Below are positions 51,960-64,000 of a stretch of 64,000 bases of DNA, one piece after another. The position numbers were made by a program, and so were the translations under genes. The stretch is from Eledone cirrhosa. Taxonomy: Eukaryota. Every line of letters begins with the position of its first letter. The stretch's first letter is position 1. The stretch lies in contig OZ024740.1 of NCBI GenBank assembly GCA_964016885.1, forward strand, positions 182,218,001 through 182,282,000, read 5' to 3'. Under the pieces are notes generated by a model. It had not been told where the DNA came from. It did not search any database and was given only the letters and a program-made list of their open reading frames with translations.

Positions 51960-52180
51960 ATACACTATAGTCTTTGCATATGCCCCACAAGCTAGTCTTG
52001 CAAATGAGCAGAATGACCACTTCTATGAATTTCTTTTAGAGACTATCTCAATGACAAATAACTAATGTCTCATTATTGCCGCTGGTGACTTGAATAGACC
52101 TGTTGGGAAATGCAATGACAGCTTTCCTTATATGTATGGTACAGGAGATGAGGAACGGTCTAGGCTTCCAGAGTTCTGAC
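51960..52180 (+). pseudogene. Degenerate RTE AP-endonuclease fragment
   Basis: AYAPQASLANEQNDHFYEFLL...IIAAGDLNRPVG, homologous to SAYAPQSGL...IIIAGDLNGRVG. Confidence 0.75.
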
Positions 52181-52414
52181 TTGGTGTGTGAAGTTACACG
52201 CAACCCTTGCTAGCAGAGAAAGCAGATGTTAACTGCTGTTGCTGCGGATGATGATGGTGATGATGACAACGATGACGATGACAACGACTACATAGAATAT
52301 GTTAACTTTATCATAACTATTGTTTTTTTGTGCAGATGGCATCTTTGAGTAAGTAGCCCTATATTGTATTTTGCAAAGAATTCCTTAATATTTCCACTGT
52401 TTGTATAAACATAA

Positions 52415-52557
52415 GCATGGCAGTATTGTTAGAGAGTCTGAGTTCAAATCCCGCCGAGGTTAACTTTACCTTTCATCCTTACGGGAGCGATAAATTAAAG
52501 TACCAGTAATACACTGGGTAAGTGCTGGCCTTGTGCCAAAAGTAGAAACAATTATTA
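52415..52557 (+). mobile_element. SINE family 1, internally deleted
   Basis: B-box and body match 56510-56630. Confidence 0.8.
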
Positions 52558-52733
52558 TACTAGTCCTACTTTTCAATTCCCTATAGAAATGTTCTGCATG
52601 CCACACCAGTTTCCTGTAATATAAACTTTAGCATCAGGCAGCAACTTGCGTGTATGCCACATTAGACTAAATAGAACTAGTCTGTTAGGTAGGATTTTTT
52701 TAAAACATTCTTAATGGAAAAAAGGATGAGCAC

Positions 52734-52804
52734 TGACGTACATGGGACACGAACCCACATCTTTGGATTGCTGGAGCAATGTGTTACCATTACACCAACA
52801 CACC
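52734..52804 (-). pseudogene. tRNA-like sequence (Trp CCA-like), probably a pseudogene or SINE head
   Basis: GGTGTGTTGGTGTAATGGTAACACATTGCTCCAGCAATCCAAAGATGTGGGTTCGTGTCCCATGTACGTCA then T7; D and T arms recognisable, acceptor stem G-U rich, anticodon arm irregular. Confidence 0.4.
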
Positions 52805-52874
52805 ACCCATACTTCCTCCCATTCAAATAGAAGCTATGCAACCATAGCAGTTATATGTATGTATATAAATAGGG

Positions 52875-53025
52875 ATACAAAGAGCAGGCTTTGTATAGAA
52901 AGGGCTAGCAAATTTGAAAATCAAGCAGACACGTATGTCAGTGGTCATCCTTTTGCCCATGCATAAGTACATGCTGCTGTCTGATTTTCAAATTTGCTAG
53001 CCGTTTCTATACAAAGCCTGCTTTA
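52875..53025. repeat. Short inverted repeat (about 48-bp arms)
   Basis: AGCAGGCTTTGTATAGAAAGGGCTAGCAAATTTGAAAATCA versus TGATTTTCAAATTTGCTAGCCGTTTCTATACAAAGCCTGCT. Confidence 0.85.
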
Positions 53026-53227
53026 TGTGCATATTAGCAGGGAAAGTGGATATTAAAGCAACAATGATGATGATGCTGATATATATATATGTGTGTATAT
53101 ATATATATGTATATATGTGTATATGTATATATATATATATAGGTATATAACATTACAGAATATATAGGTATATATATATAAGTTTTGCGAGGTTTTTGAT
53201 ATGAAATCGCCTGTCGAAACAAATATG

Positions 53228-53600
53228 GTTATACTTGGGGAGGGTCATATTTGTGTAATAATATTGCCAGAATTAATAACAGAACACACTCACTGTTTGG
53301 TTGGTTTTCGCTTCTGTCTTTTATATCGGTTAATTTAATTTATTTGGTCCTCAATGTTGCCATTGACTGACCAACGGTCAAAAGTACAGATACAATATAG
53401 ACTCATATATATAGTCTATTTAGTCTGTTTATTTATTTATTTATTTATTTTTTGTCTTCTCTGCGCATGCGTTTGCGTGTGTGTATAGTGTTTTGTTTGA
53501 TGCGTGTTCTTGTTTGGGTGATGTATTGGTTAATGTATTCTATCTTAGTTTACTAGTGTGTGTTTATATGTGGTTGTTGTTATTGTGCTTGTGTATGTAT

Positions 53601-53639
<39 letters not shown>

Positions 53640-56600
53640 TATTTCTCTTAGTTCAGTGTTGTTTGTTTAGATGTTGTTATTCCATTCATTGTTTCTGTTT
53701 AGCCTTGGCCTTCTAAGTTCTATTTCGCTGGCCTCTCTGAATTGCTTATCTGCTGGGTCATTTCTATGTTTCGATAATATTCTAACTTCTATGTTGTCTA
53801 TGTTACAGTTGTATTGTTGTCTGGCATGTTCGTATAGTACTGAACCGTTTTTTCGTCCTTTTAGTTCCTCCCAATGTTGGTCTATCCTTTCACCTATGCT
53901 ACGAGCTGTCTCGCCTATGTATGTTGTTGTCATGTTTCTGCAAGTACCCTCTGTACATCTTATGCTATAGACTACGTTTCTAGTTTTACAGTTTAACCGG
54001 GGTTTACCTTACATATGATACATTTCCTATTAGTACAGTGGGTTTTCTTAAAAGGGTAGGTTTTGCTGATCAGGGATTTTATGGTGGTTCCTGGCTTTTC
54101 TACCACTTTAATCTTTAAGTGGGTCTTTCTCGGGGCCTTTCTACACTGGTTAGCTAATTTCCCTCCAGGGGTAGCGTCCACAAACATGACACTCTGGTAT
54201 CTCTGGTTGTCGTACCATGAGGTGGCTTTCCCTATCTTATGTCTAGTCCTATCTAAGCTGTTCCGTGATTTGCTCCTGTATAATGGACAAATTCCTTTCA
54301 TGTCCAGTTCTATGAGGGTCTTATATTTCTCCGTGGCTCCTTCGTATACTCCGATTCTATGTCTTTGGTCGTAGCCAGAGAACTGCATGCGTTGATGAAG
54401 TGTTGGATGTGTCTTTCCATTTCTGCTGGGTCGCACATGCGGGACACGTTCTTCACCACTCGTACCAAGTCTGCGATCAGAATATTAAACTTAGCACTAC
54501 TGGACATTGCTGAGTTTTTGAGTATCAGGTATTTGGAGGCCATGGGTTTAACATAGTGTGAGTGGAGAATTTGGGCTCTCTCGTCTATAGTGGTAATCCA
54601 GAGTACCGTGTCTAATACAGGTAGTCTATGGTTAGGGCGTGTGGAAGGGTAGTCGATAGTTACAGTTATACTCTGGTGTATGGAATTAGCTATCTGCTGG
54701 ATGCTTTCCATTGTGCTACGTTCTAAATCAAACTTGTTAGTGCTCTCTTGTGGGGATGTCCTTATTACTATATTGATGTCGTCTACGTAACGAGAGTACA
54801 TGATGAGGTCTATGGAGCTCTCATTAAGGAGATCTTTGAGTTTCCTTTCCCACCATACCATAAAAAGGTTGGCAACGTCACCAGCTAATCTGACGCCAAT
54901 GGCTGCTCCCTCATTTTTTGGTGTAGATCTTCTCGTTAAACTTGAATATGTGGCCTTTTAGGGTAGTTTTGATACTAACCCCTATTGCATGTGCGACCAT
55001 TTTTCTTACCTGATCATTGTTTTGAGAGGTCCGTATAGCTTTGGTCCACCCAATCCACCTTCCCATGGGGGTCTTTTTTGCCATTGAGGTTATGGTGGGG
55101 GGTCTACCTCTTATGGGTCTACTGGGGCAGAAACGTCTAAGTTCATGGCTGTCTAGGTAGTCAGTGTCGTAGTTAAGTCTAAGTAGGAGGCCCAGTTCGT
55201 CTGTGTCAACGTCGCAGAACTCCACCTCACTTTCAATGATCATCTCCACACATTTTTCCACAGCAAAATCAATGTTAATGGATGGTTACAGTGATACTAC
55301 ATCCATGCTGCTTATTATGCAGTTGGATAGGTTCCTGTTTTTGTTGCACTCACTGATTTTGCTGAGGAGGTCCTCTGTACTGTCACATACATCTGGGGAC
55401 ATCTTGATTATGGGGCGTATAACCATTGAGAGGAAGTAGGAGTACCTGTAGTTGCTAGCTATATTTACTCCGCATACAGGTCTTGTTGGTGGTCCTGTTG
55501 TCGGCTCGTCGACTGTCTTGTGGGCTTTGCGAGGCCATACAAGGGTGGTATGGCATTGTTAGACGCCTGGAAGTTGTTGGCAGTGCGTCTGCTTGGCTTT
55601 AGGATGTCGGTCCACATCATCATGTGACCGTTGAGGATTTTCTCTCTCCCATCATGTATTTGCTGTGCAATTTCGCTCGTGTTGGTGATGTGGGGTTGCA
55701 TAGCCTAGATGTAATTTGGCATGCTATCTATTGACATCCTACCAGACTTATCCGTGGGTAGACATAGTACCTCACCATCCCTTGTGCGCTGCTTGAGGCT
55801 AACCAAGCCTTCTACAGATTTCCTCCCAAGTTATTGGACCTCTGGTCTTCTCTGTCTCTTAGTATACCGGTCTACTATTTGTCTAATCTTATTTCTAGCT
55901 ATGGTGAACTGTGCCTCTATCTCGTCATCTATTTGTTGTGGTATGCAAACCCTTTTATTAAAGGGTAACCTCGTAGATTAGATATTACCCATCTTATATG
56001 TTTTGTCAGCTGGGTTGAAGAATAGTTTCTCTAGGGGTTGTCATTGTATCTATCGTCATAGTTGTGTGTGTTGCTATTATTGTTATTATGGTGGTTGTTG
56101 TTGTTCCTATCATTAGCATAATTATTATTGTTATGATTGCTAGATGTATTGTTGCTGTGATTGTTAGATGTAGTGTTGTTATGATTGCTAGATGTATTGT
56201 TGTTGTGATTGTTAGATGTATTGTTGTTGTTTTCTCCACCGTTATTGTTGTTGTAACTGTTATTTCTACCATTGAGATTGTTACTTTTATTATGTTTCTT
56301 GTTTTTGTTGTGTTTATCATTAATGTTGCTATATATATTATTTCTATTATTACCACTGTGGTTGTTGTTGTTGTTATTCGTATTGTTACCATTATTACTA
56401 CTGTGGTCGCTGCTGCTGCGTCTGTAGTTAATGTTTCTATTATTGTGGATTGGCAGTATCGGTAGAGGGTCGGACGCCATGCATTCCAGCATAGTTACGT
56501 CCCTTTACGATCTGAGTTCAAATCCCGCCGAGGTTGACTTTGCCTTTCATCCTTACGGGGTCGATAAAATAAAGTACCAGTAATGCACTGGGTAAGTTGC

Positions 56601-57092
56601 TGGCCTTGTGCCTAAAGTAGAAACAATTATTATTATTATTGTGGTTGTTGTTGTTTTTCTGTCTATCGTTAATATTATTACCATTATTACTATTTCTCAC
56701 TCTCCTGCTATTGTTATTGTTATGACTATTACTATTATAGGGGTCATTTCTATACTCAGAGTTATTGTTTATATTACTACTATCGTTATTATTTTTGTTG
56801 TTCTCTGTATAGTTGTTGTTGTTGTTTACTTTTGCATTCCAACGTATTTTTGTGAAACACTTTTCCAGCTTCGTTTTGCACCCAATGGGGTTAATCTTTT
56901 TGTAGATGGCAAATTTGGTGGTAGCTGCAGGATTTGTTGTTCTTGTTCACTGATGACAACATTGAGGACCAAATAAATTAAATTAACCGATATAAAAGAC
57001 GCAGAAGCGAAAACCAACCAAACAGTGAGTGTGTTCTGTTATTAATTCTGGCAATATTATTACACAAATATGACCCTCCCCAAGTATAACAA
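53228..57092 (-). mobile_element. Penelope-like element: RT + GIY-YIG pseudogene with 3' pseudo-LTR and inverted 5' pseudo-LTR
   Basis: PTDKSG, PPLYGL, GAAIGVRLAG, YSRYVDDI, LPVLD, YVKPM, NVVYSIRC, TYIGETARSIGERIDQH, RPRLN across frameshifts (53667-55980); 53228-53360 mirrors 56960-57092. Confidence 0.93.
56444..56640 (+). mobile_element. tRNA-derived SINE family 1 inside low-complexity (GTT/ATT) DNA in the PLE
   Basis: Best-preserved copy; A/B boxes and (ATT)n tail; low-complexity flanks span 56040-56830. Confidence 0.88.
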
Positions 57093-57135
57093 TATATATA
57101 TATTTAAAAGAATAGAGGTGTAACACACAAGTTAT

Positions 57136-58553
57136 TATATATTGGTAAACGGAATAGAAAATGCTGACAAATTGTTCACAGTGAAAAATAGTTTAATTAG
57201 GAATAAGTGAGAATTAGTAATTGTATTGGTTAGTATTCAGTTTTGGTTTTAAGTTTTACCGGTTGCGCATTTCTAATGCTTTTCAAAAATAATTTTGAGA
57301 TAGAGCGTCCGTGATGTTTGCTCTGATCTGATTAGTTTTGGGAATTCTACCTGTTTTTATGTTAAAAAAGTGGCTCCAGCGCTATTAAAATAGGTTTTGC
57401 GCCAATTCGTGTTGCAAAAATTCTTGTGGTCAAAACAATTTTGATTGGTCGGTAGAGGTCATGTGAATGTAAAAAATTGAATTTGCGCCTAAAGTAGGTT
57501 TGTGTTGGCTGACTGAGAAATGACCCTTTCACAACAAATATGTGTGTGTGTGTGAGTGTAGTAGTAGTAAAGTGTTCGTTGTTGTGATAATGGTCAGCAG
57601 GGATGTGTGTGCGAACCGCAGCCTGTTGACAGTTCAAATGCCTATTAAGACAAGTGTGTGTGTAGCAGAGTAATTCGTGGTAGAGGGATGGTCAGTAGGA
57701 ATGTGTCTCTAAGTGAGTGGGGGATATTTTAACATGTTAAAAGATATATTTCAGCTCTTGTCTTATACGGAGAAGTGTGTGTGTGTATATGTCTCCTTGT
57801 ATGTTAACACCCAGCGCATCAGCAAAGAATCTTACTTTATTAACAAATACGGACCCCGTCTAAACACTTCTCCCTAAGACGAACCCACAACATACACACG
57901 TCAACATACATACCTACATCAGCACACGTCTCTACCCACATATAAACACAATGACATACGTAAACACACATGTTCTATAGTGCAACACAAATATACACAA
58001 ATTTGCATACCTTTTGATGTCTATAGATATAAACGTGCCGACACACACACATACATAAACGCACACATGCATTGCACACTGATGGGCACATACATTTGTG
58101 TGCACAGGTATGCCAATACGGCAAAGCCTAATGAATCCCCCTTGCAGTACGTGCAATCTGGACACACTCTAGATACATATTTGTACACAGGTATACAATT
58201 TCTGGACACACTCCAGATGCATGTGTACGGTTTGTGCACAAGTATACAATTTGTGCACAGGTATACAATTTCTGGACACACTCCAGATACATATTTGTGC
58301 ACAGGTATTCCAATACGGCAAGGCCTAAGGGATCCCCCTTTCAGTACGTAAAATCTGGACACACACACACACTCACACACACCTTGGTATTATGCGAATA
58401 CTATATATCATTTCACACCTTTTATTATTAAGGTTTTTGATGTTCTATTGAGAGAATCGATTTTACTGAAAATATCGAATAATGTACACCATTTTACCAG
58501 GAAAAGAATACTGATCCACCTACCCACACACACACACATACACACGCGTACAT

Positions 58554-58593
<40 letters not shown>

Positions 58594-59236
58594 CTCCGTA
58601 TAAGACAAGAGCTGAAAAATATCTTTTAACATGTTAAAATATCCCCACTCACTTAGAGACACATTCCTACTGACCATCCCTCTACCACGAATTACTCTGC
58701 TACACACACACACACACTTGTCTTAATAGGCATTTGAACTGTCAACAGGCTGCGGTTCGCATACATATCCCTGCTGACCATTATCACAACAACGAACACT
58801 TTACTACTACTACACACACACACACACACACATATTTGTTGTGAAAGAGTCATTTCTCAGTCAGCCGACACAAACCTACATTTGGCGCAAAATCAATTTT
58901 TTACATTCACATGACCTCTACCGACCAATCAAAATTGTTTTGACCACAAGAATTTTTGCAACACGAATTGACGCAAAAGTTATTTTAATACCACTGGAGC
59001 CACTTTTTTAATATAAAAACAGGTAGAATTCCCAAAACTAATCAGATCAGAGCAAACATCACGGACGCTCTATCTCAAAATTATTTTTGAAAAGCATTAG
59101 AAATGCGCAACCGGTAAAACTTAAAACCAAAACTGAATACTAACCAATACAATTACTAATTCTCACTTATTCCTAATTAAACTATTTTTCACTGTGAACA
59201 ATTTGGCAGCATTTTCTATTCCGTTTACCAATATAT
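57136..59236 (+). mobile_element. Heavily 5'-truncated Penelope-like element with inverted 5' pseudo-LTR (arms 57136-57786 and 58585-59236)
   Basis: About 650-bp near-identical inverted arms; 57791-57877 encodes QRISKESYFINKYGPRLNTSP*, resembling a GIY-YIG C-terminus; minisatellite at 58080-58370. Confidence 0.8.
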
Positions 59237-59474
59237 ATATGTATATATATATATATATATATATACTTTCTATTGTCTGGTCGTATCATGATTCTGTTGG
59301 AAAGCAGGAAAATAGGTTATTTCTGAATGAATGCAGTTTATTTAAGTGCGGTAATATTTTTTGAAGGAGGGTGTGGGGATTTGGGTGCTCCATAAAATAA
59401 TTATCTGGTGTAGATGATAGCTATATATATATATATATATATTTATTTATTTATTATACATATATATATTGTGA

Positions 59475-59527
59475 GAAGAAGAAGAAGAAGAAGAAGAAGA
59501 AGAAGAAGAAGAAGAAGAAGAAGAAGA
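59475..59527. repeat. (GAA)n microsatellite
   Basis: Direct reading. Confidence 0.97.
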
Positions 59528-62059
59528 AAATAGATTATTTCATGGCCTGTAATAAGAATGTATGAAAGCTACTATAAAAGTATTTATATAATTAGGTATT
59601 GGTAATTGACAAAGTATAATAAGTAAGCCAAACAAAATCAAAAATCAAATATTAAATGTGAATAGTTGTACTTAAAAAACGCAACTAAAGAACTGCAGCA
59701 TTTGAAATTAGACAATAAAAAAATAATGTTCTTAGCTTTAGCTTTATTGCAGACCATCCCTGATTAAAAAGAGGAAGGAAAATACAAGATACTTTTCAGA
59801 TTAGTATAAAAATACTACAGCACAATACCATAAATAAATGTCTTATCAATGAAATACTTTTTTCTGTTAGGAAAACACAAAATAGAATCTGAAAAAACAA
59901 AAGAGTAAAAAGTGGGAAAGCACCATTTGTCTTCTCATTTCCATCTATCATTTGTCACCTCTAATTCATTGTCATTATAATGCTTAAAACCTAGTTCCAG
60001 ATAGTTCTACACATGAGAATGAGAACTTCTGCTTCTAAATATCTACACCGAGCACAGGTGTACTTTTATTGTTTTTTTTTGTTTGTTTTACAGTTCCTAC
60101 ATATATTGACATAACATTGTTGAACAAAACATTTATAAGTGTTTTCTAGGTTATTTTTTAATATCTTTAGAAAGGCCATTGGATTGGGAATCTTGTTATA
60201 GAATTGGATAAATACCTTTCAGTATTTATGCATTTGGAGTTCAACATTGTCTTTCGTCCTTCCAAATTATATGAAATAAAGTACCAGTAAAATATTGAGA
60301 GGGACCAAGCCAACATCACTATGAGAGGGTCCCTGTAAAAATCATTTGTTATGTTTTGCTAACAAGGGTCCATGTATTAAAAAATATGTTGATGATCGAT
60401 AATGATATTACACACAGGCATACACACATAAATGACATAACTGTTCATTATATATTTGCTGACCATCAGACATGATATGGCATAAAAAAGACAAAAACAT
60501 ATTGATGTTGATTTAATCAACTGTAACATCTCCTAAATTTCTGATTTGGTGTCTATGTTAGAAACATTCTTATTATGACGTTGTGAATTCAAATCTCACC
60601 ATGGTAAACCATGCTTGCCATCTTTCCTGGGCTGATGAAACGAATGTCAGTCAAGTACTGGCATTGATGCAACTGACTTGCCCTTCCTACTAATGTGTGG
60701 GTTTTGTGCCTAAATTAGAAATACTTGTTATAAGGTGAGTTGTAATCCCGTTGCAGTCAACTTTGCCTTTTACCCTTCCAAATAAATAAAATAAAGTACG
60801 TCATATACTGAAATTAAATTCATCATCTATAATGTTTGCTAACGTTTCTAGCCTTGTCTCAATATTAGAAACTGGGCCACTGACAGTTAAGTTCTTGTCA
60901 TCACTGGTGGCTCGCCTTACTGTCAGGTGATGCCCATAAGGGTACATGGTTGTTTCGGTACCTTAGCCTTGCCATCACCCATGCCGAGCTTATAGGCTTG
61001 CCTGAAAGTGTTTAGTTAACCCTTATAATGTGATGTGCGACCAATTGTCACACATGGTAGTGATTTGTAACCCCACCACATTTTTCTTTTTTTTTTATAT
61101 TTGTTTATCGCTCTTTTATGCATTTATATTTGTGTTTATCACCGACTTTATATTTGTAATGTTATTTACGAATTTGTAATGTTATTTATGCATATATTTT
61201 GTAATATATTGCTAATCAATATTATTCTTACATTCTGAGTTCAAATCCGGTCTGGGTTTTTCCCAAAGTAAATAAAATAAAATACAAATAAAATACAACA
61301 GTTGATTTAATCACCTGTACTCTCCAAAATATGTAGTCTTGTGTCAATATCTATAAATCAATATCTTTATAAAAATGCTATTGCTGTGTAAATTTTTCCT
61401 TATTTTGTGGAATGTATTTGGACAGGTACAGCACTTCTTAGACTATTTCTATTCTGACTAGTGTAGTAAGACAGCCTGCAAGTGAGTTAGATTAACAAAT
61501 ATTATATCAAAATATATCGGCAATTTATTATCTTTTTAACTCGTAAAGAAAAGAACATGATGGTAAAACAAGTCTAAGTCTTAAGCCTGATACTTATCCT
61601 GGTTTCCATGGTGTAAAGTGACTGAGAGTACACTACCCCCATGCTGCATAGGATGTCAATCCATTGCAGAGTTAAACACCCAGCTATTGCTTGTATTGAT
61701 TTTCAGCTGAGTATACTAGAGTAACGTGAAATGAAAAGAAAAAATACAACACAACCCAGTCCAGGAATCGAACCAATGACATTATGATCATAAGTCCAAT
61801 GCCCTTACCATTTGCCTACATGCATCCACATTCTAAATAAATTCCTATAGTTGAAATATCATTCTTCTATACTGGGGTAATATGGCTGTAATTTTAGTTT
61901 CTCTATGCTCTATATTCTGAAAACGTTTAGTGTTATTTAGCACTAATGTATTGCATTAATGCATTAATGGTATAGAGAAAAAATATTTTGCTTCCTTTTA
62001 TCACAAAGATAATTTCATAAATGTTTCAGTTGAATAAATGAACACATTAAGCCCCTTGC

Positions 62060-62340
62060 CATCATCATCATCATTTAACGTCCATTTTTCCACGCTAGCA
62101 TGAGTTAGACGGTTTGTCCAGTTTGAAGCAAGTTGGGTCAGGTGACCGTGTCTTGTTCATACAGAATTGTTTCTGACTTGGTTTCTACGATAGGATACCC
62201 TTCCTAACACCAACCACATTTACAGTGTGTGCTGGGTGCTTTTTGTCATGACTCCTATACAACCACTTTACAGTGTGGGCTGGGTGCCTTTTGTTCTGTC
62301 GCCATCACGAACACCTTACAGAGTGAGCTAGAGGCTTCCC
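62060..62340 (-). mobile_element. Diverged RTE-tail element (LINE 3' UTR or SINE tail)
   Basis: (CAT)n then TTTAACGTCC...CCCTTCCTAACACCAACCACATTTACAGTG. Confidence 0.7.
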
Positions 62341-62814
62341 TGGACATATGCTACAGCCTGTCCTCATGAGAGATGTATTGGAGGGTGTGTGTACTTGTAT
62401 ACTTAGGAATGATGAATTGTACTGTATATTTCATTCATTTTTATACAGGGACATGAGCATAGCTTAGTGTTTAAGAAGTTCACTTTGCAATTATAGAAAA
62501 TATCTTTTACCATAGCCTTGGAGTGATCCAAGCCTTGTGGGTGAAAGTGGAAAGACAAAATCTGTTTGGAAGCCTTGTCAGATCGAATCTCCTTGTAATC
62601 CAAATGCATAGCCTGGTCACATATTATGACATCTTGACTTAGTCAATGCAAAGGGCACACGTGTCTGTGGAATACGAGATCAATTACATGATAGTTTAAC
62701 ATGTAAAATGTTCAGATGATCAAACAACTAAGTGTCTATTGTTAAAATGACAGACGATCCATCATTCTTTGTATATTTTGTATTAATTTCTATAGCCATT
62801 AAATGAAGTGACAT

Positions 62815-62858
<44 letters not shown>

Positions 62859-62859
62859 A

Positions 62860-64000
62860 TAATAATAATAATAATAATAATGATGATTTCTTTATTAACC
62901 ACAAGGGTTTACATAAAGTAGACATTAAGGACAGTACAGGACAATACAGACAGGTACAAATGGGCATTTCTGCGTGTAAAAAACAAAAACAGAGGATGTA
63001 ACAAAAAAATAACAATGAAAATTTCCCCAATAGGAGGGAGACTTCGAAGGGACATTTGTGGAGACAGCCCATTAAAAGGCCACAGTGACCCTGACGACCA
63101 GGGCAAGTGCTCACTCCCAGTTTTCCACCTTTAATTTACAGACACATACTCAGAGTAGGCTCATTCACTCGGGCCATTCTTGCTTCTCTCACCCATCTTT
63201 CAACAAAATGCTGGGAAGAGAGCACTTCCCTCTCTACCCTGATTTTTCTTTTCAAATGAAATTTGAAAAAGTCAATCAAGGTATCACCGAAGAGGTAAGT
63301 GCTCGTCTTTAGCCCTTTCAAACGTGTCCACCATACTATCTCTTTCGCCATGGCCACCAGACAGATAAAAACTGCCTGCCCTTCCCGGCTAAAGGAAGAG
63401 GGCGGGGCAATCCTCACGATGGACTCAGCTGATGCTCGGACACTGGACGAGTGCGTGCAGGATGGTTTCGCTGCCCTGCGCGCATCTTAGGCATACCAGG
63501 CTGACGGCACCTCCATGCCTGTAGAGTTTATCCCGAACTGGCAAGGCTCCTCGGTAGCACTGCCAGGCCAGGGATTTCTGGAAGTTGTCCATAGGCCCCA
63601 GCCCGAAAGTTCTTCCAAAGAGATTGGCTAGTTGATTTTTGTCGACGCCTAGAGTTTCCCTAAGTACATCGTCGCTCTTCCCCTCCACAAATCCTCTATA
63701 GAGCGCCAAGGTGGAGTTTCCACCGATCACATTGCCCGATTGGTCGAGGACTGTGAGCGCCTGAAGACATTCCAGTCTCCAAGCGCTCCCTCTTGGTCTT
63801 CGCTTGATCCAGGACTGCAGCTCCATCAAGGAGACGAGCTGGGGAAAGACACGTCTAGCAAATGGCGACCACACCTGATCATCGTCGAGGAAGAGGTGGA
63901 GGTGTCGTAGCCTGAGCGCCACTCTGCTCGTCGCCTCGTCCCAGTTTGTGTTCGTCTGGTGGTCCAGACCAAACCAGACCCCTAGCAATTTAACCGGTCC
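62860..64000 (-). pseudogene. Second Tx1/L1-clade LINE copy (3' part, internal deletions, runs off window)
   Basis: Closely similar to 43010-44402; AWQCYRGALPVRDKLYRHG...CLRCAQGSETILHALVQC. Confidence 0.92.

Noticed and set aside
52734-52804. Functional tRNA-Trp gene
   Set aside because: Irregular anticodon arm and weak acceptor stem; kept only as a pseudogene-like feature
53340-53400. Possible hammerhead in the 53-57 kb family pseudo-LTR (hairpin CCGTTGG tcag TCAATGG)
   Set aside because: Neither this copy nor the 12970 copy has CUGANGA, GAAA or a stem I
56006-56976. Asn-, Thr- and Val/Ile-rich ORFs
   Set aside because: Products of (GTT/ATT) low-complexity expansion around a SINE

Overview
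AT-rich, repeat-dominated animal DNA with long (TA)n/(CAT)n microsatellites. The SINE/RTE/Penelope mix suggests a cephalopod such as Octopus, but that is inference. No complete host gene can be built; only a few candidate minus-strand exons are visible. Coding capacity is almost all mobile DNA: a near-intact RTE LINE (APE + RT + PHD-like finger, 24182-27169 minus), an inverted frameshifted sister copy, two Tx1/L1-clade fragments, an R4/Dong fragment, an internally deleted Helitron, three Penelope-like element (PLE) remnants and two tRNA-derived SINE families. The notable signal is about ten fold-back (palindromic) elements sitting in TA microsatellites. Most contain a type I hammerhead ribozyme fold, from at least six sequence families, so both strands carry one. 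Some are PLE pseudo-LTRs. Others have no ORF and show terminal redundancy (464-nt and 323-nt periods), as expected for non-autonomous retrozyme-like circular RNA elements. One family has a non-canonical CAGAAGA core in all seven copies. All ribozyme calls are by-eye folds and need covariance-model and cleavage tests.
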